DNA from: Octopus bimaculoides
Taxonomy: Eukaryota
Assembly (NCBI RefSeq): GCF_001194135.2
Contig: NC_068990.1
Coordinates: 70,150,560 to 70,214,559, forward strand
Direction: 5' to 3'
Length of the DNA: 64,000 bases
Within the stretch, counting starts at the first letter, position 1; every line of letters begins with the position of its first letter. Made by a program: the position numbers and the translations under genes. A model generated the notes under the pieces. That model made no database searches. It was given only the letters and a program-made list of their open reading frames with translations, and was not told the DNA's origin. Below, piece after piece: positions 47,331-59,058 of this stretch.

Positions 47331-49170
47331 ATTCTTGTACTATGCAGAAAATAGGTTTCTTGATATAAAATGAAAACCACAACACAGTTTTTTTTCTGAA
47401 GTAGTTAATGAAAAATCACAAATGTGATTGCTAATAAAAAAATTACCCAATACATTTGCTCAACAACAATGATGATAAAGGAGGTATCATTTATGAGCAT
47501 ATATCACTGAAATACAGCATTTGTGGGCAGTTGGTGGGCAAGAGTGATAGCAGTAGATGAGATATATAGCTAGAGAAATGATAAATGAAGTGTTTATCCA
47601 AGAAAGGAATGCAGTAAGATTGGTTACCCAAATAGACACATGGTTAGAGGCGTTAACACAGAAACTGTGTGCAAGATTGCCCAGCAGGTAGGGCCTTGAG
47701 AAAAGTGAATATAAGAGGAATTTTCATGTGTTTATCGCGCAAAGTGAAAATGGAGGCAAAGCGGGCAGCAACTGTGATGGAATTACTGACAGAAGCATAT
47801 ATAATTAGGAGTTTGAGAAATGGTAAACAGAATTAGGTAAAGGTCGTAGAAAACAAGAAAGCCTAGCTGTAGTTTGGGGAGGGAGAGAGAGAAAGGTTTG
47901 AAATGAGGATGAGTAATACATGATATTTTTTGGTTTTTCTAGTCATATAACAAGACATTATGGTGACTGAATACTCCACCTTGTTGGAAGCAGAATCAAT
48001 GTTCTTCGACTGTATAGCAGCAGCACACTTTCTCTTTCAGTATTAATGTCTTGGAGGTAACTGAACTTAGCTAAATTCTAGCAAGTCCTCAGCTATCCAC
48101 AGTCATTGGCCATATCACTTCATGTATTAAGTTACTATGTGATTATGCATGCACATGTTAAATATGTTTCTGAAAACTTTCTCTAGATTCCTAAACTACT
48201 AACACTATGAAGGGAGATGGGTGTGAGGAAGGAACATTGGATGAATTTTCTCCAGATTGCAATTATTTCCCCTCTTTAATGAAATGCCTCATTTCATTAA
48301 ATGAATAAGCCACAAGTCATGTCATGCTGATAATTTTGAAAAAGAATGAAATAATGACATATGATTACCACCAACTAGAAATTTTAAGAACTTTGTAATT
48401 AAAAAAAAAGTGAATTCTATGCAACTTTTCTCTTAAATCCCTTAATTTGAAATTCAAATTTCTAATCCCTGTTAGGGTAGTGAGCTGGCAGAATTGTAAG
48501 CACACTGGATAAAATGCTTAGCAGTATTTCTTTTGGCTTTACATACTGAGTTCAAATACTGCTGATGTCAACTTTACTGTTCATTCTTTTGCAGTTGATA
48601 AAATAAGTACCAGTTGAGTACTGAAATTGATGTAATTGACTTTCCCACCCCTCTCAGGCTCTGGTGCTTATAGTAGAAAGAATTATTAGCAGCAATGTAT
48701 CATTAGTAAAAACTGGGTCTTTCTAGCCACTTAAATCACATTTCTGGTTATAATATTAATCCACTTTAGTGCTTCTTTAGCTAATAGGTCTTGCAGATTG
48801 AGAAGTTTTATTTTGCTGCCAGAATAAAAAGACACTGTCAGTGAGAAGTATCAATGATTTCAAGTAACCAATGATAAAGTCTAAGACAGACAGACCCTTT
48901 ATGTCTTAAATCCAAAGAAGGAATGAACTAAAATTAAAAGTAAATTTCAACAGCCTTGTGTTTGTTTGTATGTCAGTATGCAAGTATCAGCTGGTTTCTG
49001 ATGTCTTGCAATGCTGACAGGTATTGGTGGGAAGAGAAAGAGTCAAAGACAGATCTAAATCAACTATGGAATATGGGAGAGAAAAGTGACACATTTAACA
49101 GAGGGGTGAAAAGATGAATTAAGACCTACTGGCAGCATGCAAAATACAGTAAGTATCTGACTAAGCTTAC

Positions 49171-49197
49171 CTGCATTGGGGGGTCCAAAAGAGTTGA
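49171..49197 (-). CDS. futsch: Probable 27-nt in-frame microexon of the MAP1/futsch gene (V-NSFGPPNA-G)
   Basis: Minus strand reads tttttttgttttccttccttaacag|TCAACTCTTTTGGACCCCCCAATGCAG|gtaagc. Strong acceptor and donor, phase 1/1 matching the flanking exons, no stop codon. TGCATG lies 30 nt downstream. Confidence 0.65.
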
Positions 49198-50891
49198 CTG
49201 TTAAGGAAGGAAAACAAAAAAAATATTCTACTTGTTTTTCTTAGAGCATAGTTGGATTACATTTTGAAAATAGCAACCAATCTTGAGAAAGGTACCATGT
49301 CAGCAAGAGTTTACATGTCAATAAGGGTTTAGATAAGCATTTTAGTATTAAATTGAGTAGTTGAGAAAGATGCTCAAAAATTGTTAAACTCCAAGTAAGT
49401 TTCATTATATTTAGGTAATTCTCTGCAAAGCATTTTAACATTAAACTGAGTAGTTTTATGAAGACAGTCAAACATCAGTAAACTTGAAATTAATTCCATT
49501 ATATTAAGATAATTCTCTGAGCTAAATTGTCTTCATTGGAATCTATGCCTAAAAGATGGATAAATTATCAGTAAATCTATTAGAATGGCACCAACAACAC
49601 ATTTCAATTACTTAGTGTGTTATGGTTCTGACTATCTACTATGTAATTTCTTTTACATTTTAAGTCTTTTTTAAATTATCATAATAGAGTTGAAGAGCTT
49701 GCAAATCTGAATATTTGTACAAATAGTCTTAGAGAAAGAAACAAAGAAAAGAAAAAAGGGGGAATTTTATTACATTCATTTTTCTTCATATTTTACAGCA
49801 ATATGCTCATTCCACTGACAATTATTCAGGAATAGAAATGGAGTTAGTTCTACCATTCAGTCAGGTGAATCTGTAGTAGGCAGAATTAGGTACCTTGCTC
49901 AAAATGGTCCAAAATAACAGCCAAGATTCAAATTTATACCTGGTCAATCACCCAGTAACTTTACCTCATAGCCATCATGCCTCAAATATGTGTGTGTGCG
50001 TGTAAATTTCAAAAGTTGGAAAAGGCTGTAGGATTCAGCAAATTTAAATAGAACAAGCTTGTTCTGAGATTGGAAGGAATCGTATTTGTATGCATTTAGT
50101 CTTGCTGTAAAATTAAACAATGGTAAGATATTGATTGCGTGTGAGCTTGGAACAAGACTAAATACATACTGATGACTAGCCAATGCTATCTTGGTTACTC
50201 TAGTAATTCTAAAGACAGGTAACCAGTTTTATATATAAGTATATATACCCTTGTGTAAAACATATACACCACACCTTTATACACTTAATATTGTGGTGTT
50301 GATGCCAACCAATCTGCGATCACCTCTGGTCCTACCATACAAAACTAATTCTATAAGATATTTTAACGAAAATCTCCAGTCATAGCTTCATTAAATTTAA
50401 ACTGTTTTTGAAATATAACTTGACAAGTGACTTAAATACAGCTATTTTACTAATTCCTTATAAAATTTTGATTATTTTCAAAGTTAATCGAAGAACACAA
50501 CCAATGCATTCCATTAGAAATTTAGTAAGGAAAGTTTTAGCACCAAGCTAAGTTTAAATCAAGTTTAAAAAGATGTAAAAAGCAAATAACAGAATGCTTT
50601 TGAATAAGAAATTTTCATTAAAAATTAAAAGAAAAACCAATGAGAAAGGCTATCAAACTGATTAGTTTTGATATAAAAACGTCTAGTTTTTAAATGCTAT
50701 TGAATTAAAACAAGAGTGCAGTGAGAAAGACCAACTTGCTTTTAGTAATATAAAAGTTAGTATATCTCAAAATGAGTTGACAACAGTTAATTGTGATTTC
50801 CATTAAATTCTATTGTAAACAGATCAAAAACTAGCAACAAGAAAATAATTCATCCTTCATGAAGCCAAAGAATAAAATTCTTGATACTAAC

Positions 50892-50990
50892 CATAAGGAC
50901 CTTCTTCACCCAAAGCACCTTTGTTGGCAATCTGAGAGACTTCCTCGTTTATGTCTACTCCAGCGGCTTCCACATCCCAAGTGCGAAATC
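50892..50990 (-). CDS. futsch: MAP1/futsch 99-nt internal exon (G-FRTWDVEAAGVDINEEVSQIANKGALGEEGPY-G)
   Basis: Acceptor ctgtttccag|GA and donor G|GTTAGT, phase 1/1. Homologous to the MAP1/futsch N-terminal GxxSWD...EGEE segment and joins in frame to GERVLRY. Confidence 0.9.
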
Positions 50991-51710
50991 CTGGAAACAG
51001 AAAAGGTTATAAAAATCAGTATTTCTATGAAAATAACACTTTGAAGAAATATGGCATATCATACAAACATTGGCAGACATAAAATAAAGAATATAATAGC
51101 TTAGCAAACTAGTAGTTCACTGGGCAGTATTATGATTAATCATTTGTGAATAATTGAAAAATAATATATAGTAGAGGAGCCAGAAGAAACAAATTCTGAT
51201 GATGAAAGATTGAACTAAATACGAAAAATATTGCAATTTTTCCTTTTGATGAGAAAAATGTAATAAAGCCCTGAAAACAGAACTAAACTAGAGTACAATA
51301 TTTTAAGACTAGAAGTAAGGGTAATGCCTGTGATCTCTTTGCAGGGTCTTGAAAAGTAGTGGCAGTCAAGAAGCAGAAAGGTAACTCGATTGGTATGGTA
51401 GAAAGTAACACAAAGATATCTTTAAAACTAGGTCAACAGAGCCCAACACTCAACAGGCTTCCAGTTTCCACCATCCAGAAATAATTTACACTAAAAGTAA
51501 CCTCAGCACAATCTGAAGTGTTGGTACAGGTTCAATATGACTGCTCACATCTAAACACACATGAAAAACTTATTTCATAAAGCATTAAAAATGTTCGCCT
51601 ATTTTTTAATCTCAAATTCTTTCAACATGGAAGTAAAGAAGAAAAAAAGGCAGCATTGACCAGGAATTTCACATATTAAACAAATTCTCTTTAGATTTTA
51701 GTACATGTAT

Positions 51711-52006
51711 CTTCAGTCATGACTGGCCATGCTGGGATACCACCGGGCAGTGTTTAAAAGGAACAAAACTTCAATACTTATTCTAGTGGTCTCTTTTGCC
51801 AAATCATTAAGTTATGGGGATGTAAACAAACATCAATTGTTGAGCAGTGATGGGGGACAAACATGGTTTTCATATACCAAATTCACTCACAAAACAGTTA
51901 CCCTGGGGCTATAATAGAAATTTGCCCAAGGTGCCATGCAGTAGAACTGAACCCAAAATCACATGGTTGCAAAATGAGCTTCTTAAGCACACAGCCATGC
52001 TTGTGC
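51711..52006 (-). mobile_element. SINE family A copy
   Basis: Reverse complement aligns with 5181-5606. Confidence 0.8.
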
Positions 52007-54272
52007 AATACATTTCTATAGTCTGTTCACATTGCCATTGTGATTCATATTATTATTATTATACAAAAATAAAGACATACACAAAAGGCTAGAAGTGTTT
52101 AATCCTGTTCATGAGTCAACTTCTCATAAACCAGAAAATATGTGGGACATGAAAATCATGAAACATTCACCTTTATACTTATTCAATTACCACTCCCAAA
52201 ATCTGGGCAGGTATTTACAGCTATAGCTGTACTAGTCAGAAAGTAAGAAATACCATATAAAATATTGGTTTCAAATTTTTGGCACAAGGACAGCAATTTT
52301 GAAGAAGACTAGTTGATTACAAAAAACCCAGTGCTTGAATATGCTTTGACTATGAAAGGATGAATGGTGAAGTTGACTGCTAGGATTTGAACTCAGTGGC
52401 ATCTCTTCCAGCTCTTTTCTTCTAAGTATTTCGTTCCATGTGTTAATGATTATGCTTGTGCATTGCCCTTAATAATGGTTCTAAGTTTTTGCAGGCCAGA
52501 AAACTTACGGGGGTAGGGAGGTCATTATATTGACTCCAGTCTTCAACTGGTATTTTGACCCCAAAAGGATAAAAAAGTGAAGTAGCATTTTAACTCAGAA
52601 TGGAAGAAATACTGCAAAGCATTTTTGTCTGATGTGTTAATGATTCTATCAGCTTGCTACCTTAATAATAATAGTAATAATCTTATTGTACACACTGCTC
52701 AGGTGCTGAGAAGTTGCTTGAGTGAATGACAATTTGTATCAAGGTTTCAATGAAAAATTGAAGTTAACAGGAAATGTTGAAAGGTTTTAATTTAGAACAC
52801 TTTAAACAAAATTTATGTAGAGCCAATGGTCAGTATCAAAAAAAGAGACTTACACTGAACTTAAAGTTGTTTGGTAGTAACACAATTCTCATTAAACTAA
52901 ATGAATTTGGTTTTTCAAGGATAGTGCCAAAGCAGTTAAAGTGTTACTTTTGTACATTAAATTGGGATTAAAACAAAGTAGAACAAATGCAAACAGCAAA
53001 AAACTTCCTTGAAACCAACATGATTTAAATGTAACTTTCTGCCAGTTTACACCAAAATTCAAATGAGACTGCTATTAGCAAACTTCATACAAAACCCTCA
53101 AAGTTTGATCACTGGAGGACCATGCTACACCAAACATAACTGCAGACCCTTCTATTCTTAAATAAATCACAGTTGCCAGTTTAAGTATGAGAGTACTTGT
53201 GGAAACATGTCCAGATGAAAGCAGTGTCTGGAACTGCTTCAAAACAAGCTTTCATGTATTGAGGGTGTTTTTGTTATCTGCTTCTGGGAATAAACAGGAA
53301 CAAAGCTGTGCAATTAAATAAAGAAATTGATGCCAAGACCTTTTCACATAGAGTTGCAGGAAGGATTTTGCCAAAGAGCAGACTTGAAAAGCTACAGATT
53401 TTAACCCAAGTATTCACATGACTGGTATAATATAATTAGTATATTCTCTTCCTCTCCACCAGAGAGGGAACATGAAATGTTTGTTTTACTTGGAGAAAAC
53501 AATTTACAGAAAGTAATCTTTGCAGTTGTGACCTCCTATTCCTAATCAATGATTTTTCTTCTTTAAATTACGTTTTAATTACAACTACATGACATTATTA
53601 AGAAAATATTACCAATATTATTGAAAAAGAGATGAAATTGAAAATATAAAATAACCAAAGCAAATTTAAAAGGGTCTACATAAAAGTTAAATTTGTGTGC
53701 ATGTTGATTTAAAATATTTTTATCTCTATCAATAATACACCCAACATTTACATTGCAGAGCATTAGTTAATTTGAATAATTAGATAGGAACAGCAGGTAT
53801 GCTGTTACATAGATGTTTGAGTAAACCTTTAAAATATAAATACTTCCCTAATCTTATCACTCCTTGAAAACCATATTTTCTTACCAGATTCCTTTGACAG
53901 AATTCATAAAGAAAAGTTATGACTTGGCAAAATGCCAATGAATTTAAATAAGGAATTTTGAAGTTGGTCCAGGTGTTAAAGACTGATAAAGCTATACTGG
54001 TATTTGGAGAATCAAAGGAAATCTACTCATTCAAGAATCTTTGTTCCAAATCCACCCAAAATTCCAGACAAGAATTTTTAATGGCTTTTAGATAAGAGGA
54101 AAAAAATGTTCCCTTTAGTTAAGGGAGCTACATCACAAAACTCCCTTAGTAAAACATACTGCAGTTTGCCTCTCTTGAACAAGATAGATTAAAAACAGGA
54201 ATGTCAGGAAGGGGTGGATTGATAGCTCAGATGGGTGTTAGTTTTCTTCCTTCTGCCTTTTTTCATCAGATA

Positions 54273-54273
<1 letters not shown>

Positions 54274-54368
<95 letters not shown>
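54274..54368. repeat. (TG)n microsatellite, representative of many di/tri/tetranucleotide arrays
   Basis: Others include (TG)n 12944-13004, (CA)n 58386-58477, (CATA)n 7075-7205, (TATG)n 7990-8095 and (GAT)n 2412-2442 and 17207-17312. Confidence 0.95.
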
Positions 54369-54371
<3 letters not shown>

Positions 54372-55759
54372 CACTTAAAACTAACAAATAAGTTTACATT
54401 AATACAAACGCCATCAATCAAACAATACAATTTTTTAAAAATGCTTTCTAATTTAGGCACAAGGCCAGCAATTTTGAGGATAAGGAGCAAGTGAATATAT
54501 TCTATTTTCAATCCCAGAATGATGGAAAGTGAAATTAACTTCAATGGGATTTGAGTTCTGAATGTAAAGCACCATATCTTCTTACTCTAAAATCAATTTA
54601 GGGTAAGTCCACAGGGTACAACTAAATTATTGCACCTGTAGATGGGATACTTGTCATACCTAAACTAAGGAATAATCTCCCCTACTTTTCTTAACCAGAA
54701 TTGACCATTAAGCCATTCTTTTTCCTCTTCACAAGATTACAGATGCAATTCTAACATCTTGGCACGAACCTGAGGACAAAGCACTGAATGCAGTTTTAAT
54801 TTTAATTAAGGCTATTATTTGCTCCAATAATAGACCTATTGAAGGTCATACTGTAGCCTTGTCCTCATAGGTCCCCTTTTGCTGAATTAGCTGATATAAC
54901 AATGAGGTACCTCCTAAGTCAGCAAATCTTTTTGAACCTTTAAATGCTGGACTGTTACAGATATATTTAGCATTGTTTTTTAACACCCATTTTCTAAGCT
55001 TGCACAGGTTCAACAGAATTCTTTGAAACAAATTTTCTCAGGCCAGACGCCCTTCCTGTCACCAACTCACTTCTTTCCAAGTAAGGTAATATCTTCCCAT
55101 GGCTAGACGTTACCACAGAAAACTGGAAACCAACAACACCATGCATGATGGTGATTGTTTACAATTTTCATTTGAAAACAAGGAAACAGTGACACAAACA
55201 CGCATGCAAACACAAATATAAACTACCGGCTTTTTTAAAGTTTCTATCAAAGTCACTCACAGGGATTTGGAGCTATAGTAGAAAACATTTGTCCATGATG
55301 CTATGCAGGAGAGTAAATCTGAAACCATGTGGTTGAGAAACAAACTTCTCAACCCGACAGCCATACCTGTACCCATATATTTTAGATTGAGGTAAAAGTA
55401 TAATTTTTGTTTTCTGTAATATGATAGAGCAGGGAGATTTTTTTCTCGAAAGTTTACTATGCATCACTCCAATTAGTCACTCTAAACCTGTTAGAAATAA
55501 GTGAAATTTCCCTCAAATTTTACACGGACTTCAAACAAGTCACATTTGATAATTGAGGCCCAGACAGACTGTTTTAAATTAAGATGTGATGGCCACACCA
55601 CTAGAAGAACCCTTTGATCAAATGTCAGCTCGATTAGGAGTAAGTTGGTGTAAGACTAAAGTCATTACCAAAGTAGAGTTACTCAAAACAGAATTCAGTT
55701 ATATTTTCAGAGACAAATTATTTTAGAATGGAAAACTTTAGCAATAAAACATTTGAAGA

Positions 55760-57330
55760 AAAAAAAAAGTCGGTTATATATTTCTAAAAGGGATACAAGT
55801 CGAAAATAAAACAGTCCTTTAAATGCAGACATACACCGCCATGCCAACTAAATTTGGCAATTTCTGAGCCTAGTTGCATGTCTGTATATGTACATAGATG
55901 TAAATGGTAAAGTTGCACAAAAATGATAAATATATGTAGGTGGGGGCTTCAAGGATCTAGCAAATCCCAGCTATATATATTTTATAGTCAAAATTAACAT
56001 ACATACACATATGAACCGAGCACATAATTAACTACCCAACTTGGCTCCATTAGCCGCAAACCAAAACGTATAGAAAAAAAAACGGGAAGGGTGATAATAG
56101 GGGAAGGAGCAGGAAAGAAAACGAGAAAAGAGAGGGAAGTAGGAAAGAGAATAGAAATAAGAGAAAAAAAGGGGAGTCAGACAAAGAAGAAAAGGGAGCA
56201 GAAAGGGATGAAAGGAGGAAAAAAAAGGGAAAACCAACTAACCAATCTCTGCCAGTATCAGATTCACATATATCAAGGACCCATGAGAACCCCGAAAGTT
56301 GCCATAAATGTACAATAGTTAGCAACCAGGCTAAAAGTATACAAGGTTAATTGTAGCTAAAATATCTGTCCCCGCCCTTGTATCTCTCCCCAGCAGTAGA
56401 AGTCAACTGTCAGAAATAAGTGAAGTATTATTCAAGAAGCCAATTATAAAGAGAAATAGTCAGATTCGACGTTTATTCCAACTTTTACAAAAACAAAAGC
56501 AGGGAGAAAAAAAGTTGATAATTATACATAAGCAATAAATAATAATTTTAAAAATTGTATGCTTAACATACATTTCGTCTATTATTCCCGCCAGCTTGTA
56601 ACGAACAGACACTACCACTATATATATATTTAATATGAGGGTGCCACTCATTCACACAGCAGTGCAGTAAACCGGTATGTGTGTTGTATGTCTAACATAA
56701 TACTTCCATTACTACCTCCGCCGCCAGCCTTAATTGATTATTCAGATTACAGTCTAACACACCCACATACGCACAGAGGTAGTAAACAACTCCATTTCTC
56801 CTCTAATATTTTCTGTGTAAAAGTTATCACTTTCAGACAAAGATACTGTGCTACTACGCTAAAAAGAATGTACAACCAACCAGTTTTAACAAGATGAAGG
56901 AGGCAGGCACACATCGGTGTGGATATTAATATGGTCACAGGTCACTGGGATGAATTATATTAGCTAGGTAAACTATAATACTTCTTCTGTAGAGTTGTAA
57001 TGTGGCTTGTCTGTCAATTTCATTCGCCACACAAACCAGCCTGAGCAATACACCAGGCAGTTTAATACAACAGACCAACGGAAGAAGCCTCCACGTGGCT
57101 GCTAGAAATAGCAGCCGAATTTCACCACGAATCACACGACCATTATAAAGGAACACATTAGATCATGTTATTTCACGTTCGTCTAAAAAGATAGGATGAA
57201 CACGGCCTAGAGTTACAGATTGCTCGATTAGAGCTTACCTATAGTAGCAAGCACCAACATACAAACCATTGCGGGACGATTTTTTTTTTTAATCTACATG
57301 AAATTTAATTTAAAAAACGATTTGACACTA
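55760..57330. promoter_or_regulatory. CpG-enriched putative promoter / first-intron region
   Basis: By eye about 35 CpGs in 1.6 kb versus a few per kb in the neighbouring intron. GC box ccccgccc 56370-56377, CCAAT near 56242, E-box CACGTG 57092-57097. Confidence 0.5.
57239..57269 (-). CDS. Candidate first coding exon of a MAP1/futsch isoform (MVCMLVLATI-G)
   Basis: Good Kozak context cccgcaATGG, in-frame upstream stop, strong phase-1 donor ATAG|GTAAGC compatible with the 50990 acceptor, located at the edge of a CpG-rich region. No homology support. Confidence 0.4.
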
Positions 57331-57429
57331 CGGATTCACTATATGAAAATACCAGTTGTACTGTATATTTAACCATTAAACACACAACCAATGTAGTAGT
57401 TGAAGATTTGGCTGCAATGTAACTGATGA

Positions 57430-58130
57430 AATTCCCAGAATCTGGAAGCTGGACAAAATTTTAAAGCCAACCAATAAACAAAGTGAATAGTATTCAGGTT
57501 CATCACCCTCACATGCAGACCCTGGAAAATTCTAGAAAAGCTAATCCTTAATACAATTAACCCATGCATCCCCTTCAAATCTCAATAAGGATTCAGACCA
57601 TTACATCCAACCAATTCATTACCCACAAACCTAACACAGAAAGTACAAGATGGCGTTAGCAAGCCAACTACCAACATCAGCCAAGCTTTCAATTGCTCAC
57701 TATCCATAAAAAAAGACCACATGGCTAGTAAACTATCAGGCTGCCAAGCTTATGTAATAAACAACGATTCTAGAACTTGCAATTTCCCCAGGATGAAAAT
57801 TCCCCAAGGATTTGTTCACCTATCCATTTTTTTTCAGCCTGTAACCACATGACCTTTCCACACCACAAAATAGACAGCCTAATCTACAAAGAATGGCACA
57901 CTCACCATTCTACAAGCTCTGCTGTACAACTATTCTAACCCTATATAAATTTGCTCAAAACTTGGGTCCAAAACAACACAGAGTTGTACCTACCAAATCA
58001 ACTGTTTTCTTCGTTATCACTAGCAACATAAGAGAACAACTACAACCAACCATCACATCAAGCAACAATACATAAACCACTTATACAACAATACCACAAC
58101 CAACAAAAATTCAATCTTTGTAACACACAC
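57430..58130 (+). mobile_element. Decayed Jockey/I-type LINE RT remnant
   Basis: Frameshifted remnants IPRIWKL, KILEKLILN, GFRPLH, TNLTQKVQDG, NISQAF and PQG. Confidence 0.55.
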
Positions 58131-58400
58131 AGAGAGAGGACATGGTGAAGAAAGTAAAATAAAGTGTAGAAACTATATTGGATCTGCCATGACTTATGAA
58201 TCTTGGTCAGAACCCAATCTCTCCACAACTAACTACAACACTAAGAACCCAAACAGTGCAATAAACAAGATTTATATAGACCGCAATCTTTAAAAGACAT
58301 TGAAAAGGTGCAATTTCTTGCTACCGCAAGTCTCACTACTTACAGTCCCTGTTATTACATGAAAAATCCACTTCCAAACACCAAGTCACACACACACACA

Positions 58401-58479
<79 letters not shown>

Positions 58480-58858
58480 CACCCTAGACTTAGTACTACA
58501 ATGACATTCTAAAACTACTATCTCTGCTATCCAGCTTCAACATTCATAAACGAAAAATATACATAGATACAAAAACAGTTGCAACATCAATAACCTCACT
58601 GGTCTTGAACATTGTCCAAACATGTGACACCATCAGAATCTTTGGGAATGTAATATGGCTGGACAGTAGTGTGTAAATATGTCCAGATTGTCAGAGTCAA
58701 AATATGGTCTATAGACATGACCAGAGTGATTGTATGGCTACAAGACTGCAGGATCAGGGTTTATCTGGGGTTGCATAATTTTTAAAACAGCCAAAGGAAC
58801 TAGTTTATAACAGTCAACATTTGGTTCATCCACCTTTACAGATTACATCATATGAAGG

Positions 58859-59058
58859 CAGAAAACAGCAGCAGTCATAACATGCATATCTAATTGATAA
58901 CTATCAATATTAGGTAAGTAACAACATAAGCCAGATCAATAAAAGGCAATATTCCAGCCAGAAAACAGCAGCAGTCATAACATGCATATCTAATTGATAA
59001 CTATCAATATTAGGTAAATAACAACATAAGCCAGATCAATAAAAGGCAATATTCCAGC
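58859..59058. repeat. Tandem duplication, 2 x 100 bp, one mismatch
   Basis: 58859-58958 versus 58959-59058 differ only at ggtaagta/ggtaaata. Confidence 0.95.

Noticed and set aside
57097-57116. Perfect 8-bp stem with a GAAA tetraloop / near-MEF2 site
   Set aside because: The motif also occurs in dispersed repeat fragments (15163, and similar at 28627), and it is too short to support a function.
57646-57655. YY1-like CAAGATGGCG suggesting a divergent promoter
   Set aside because: It lies inside the decayed Jockey/I LINE (codons QDG), and the ORF stops after 19 codons.
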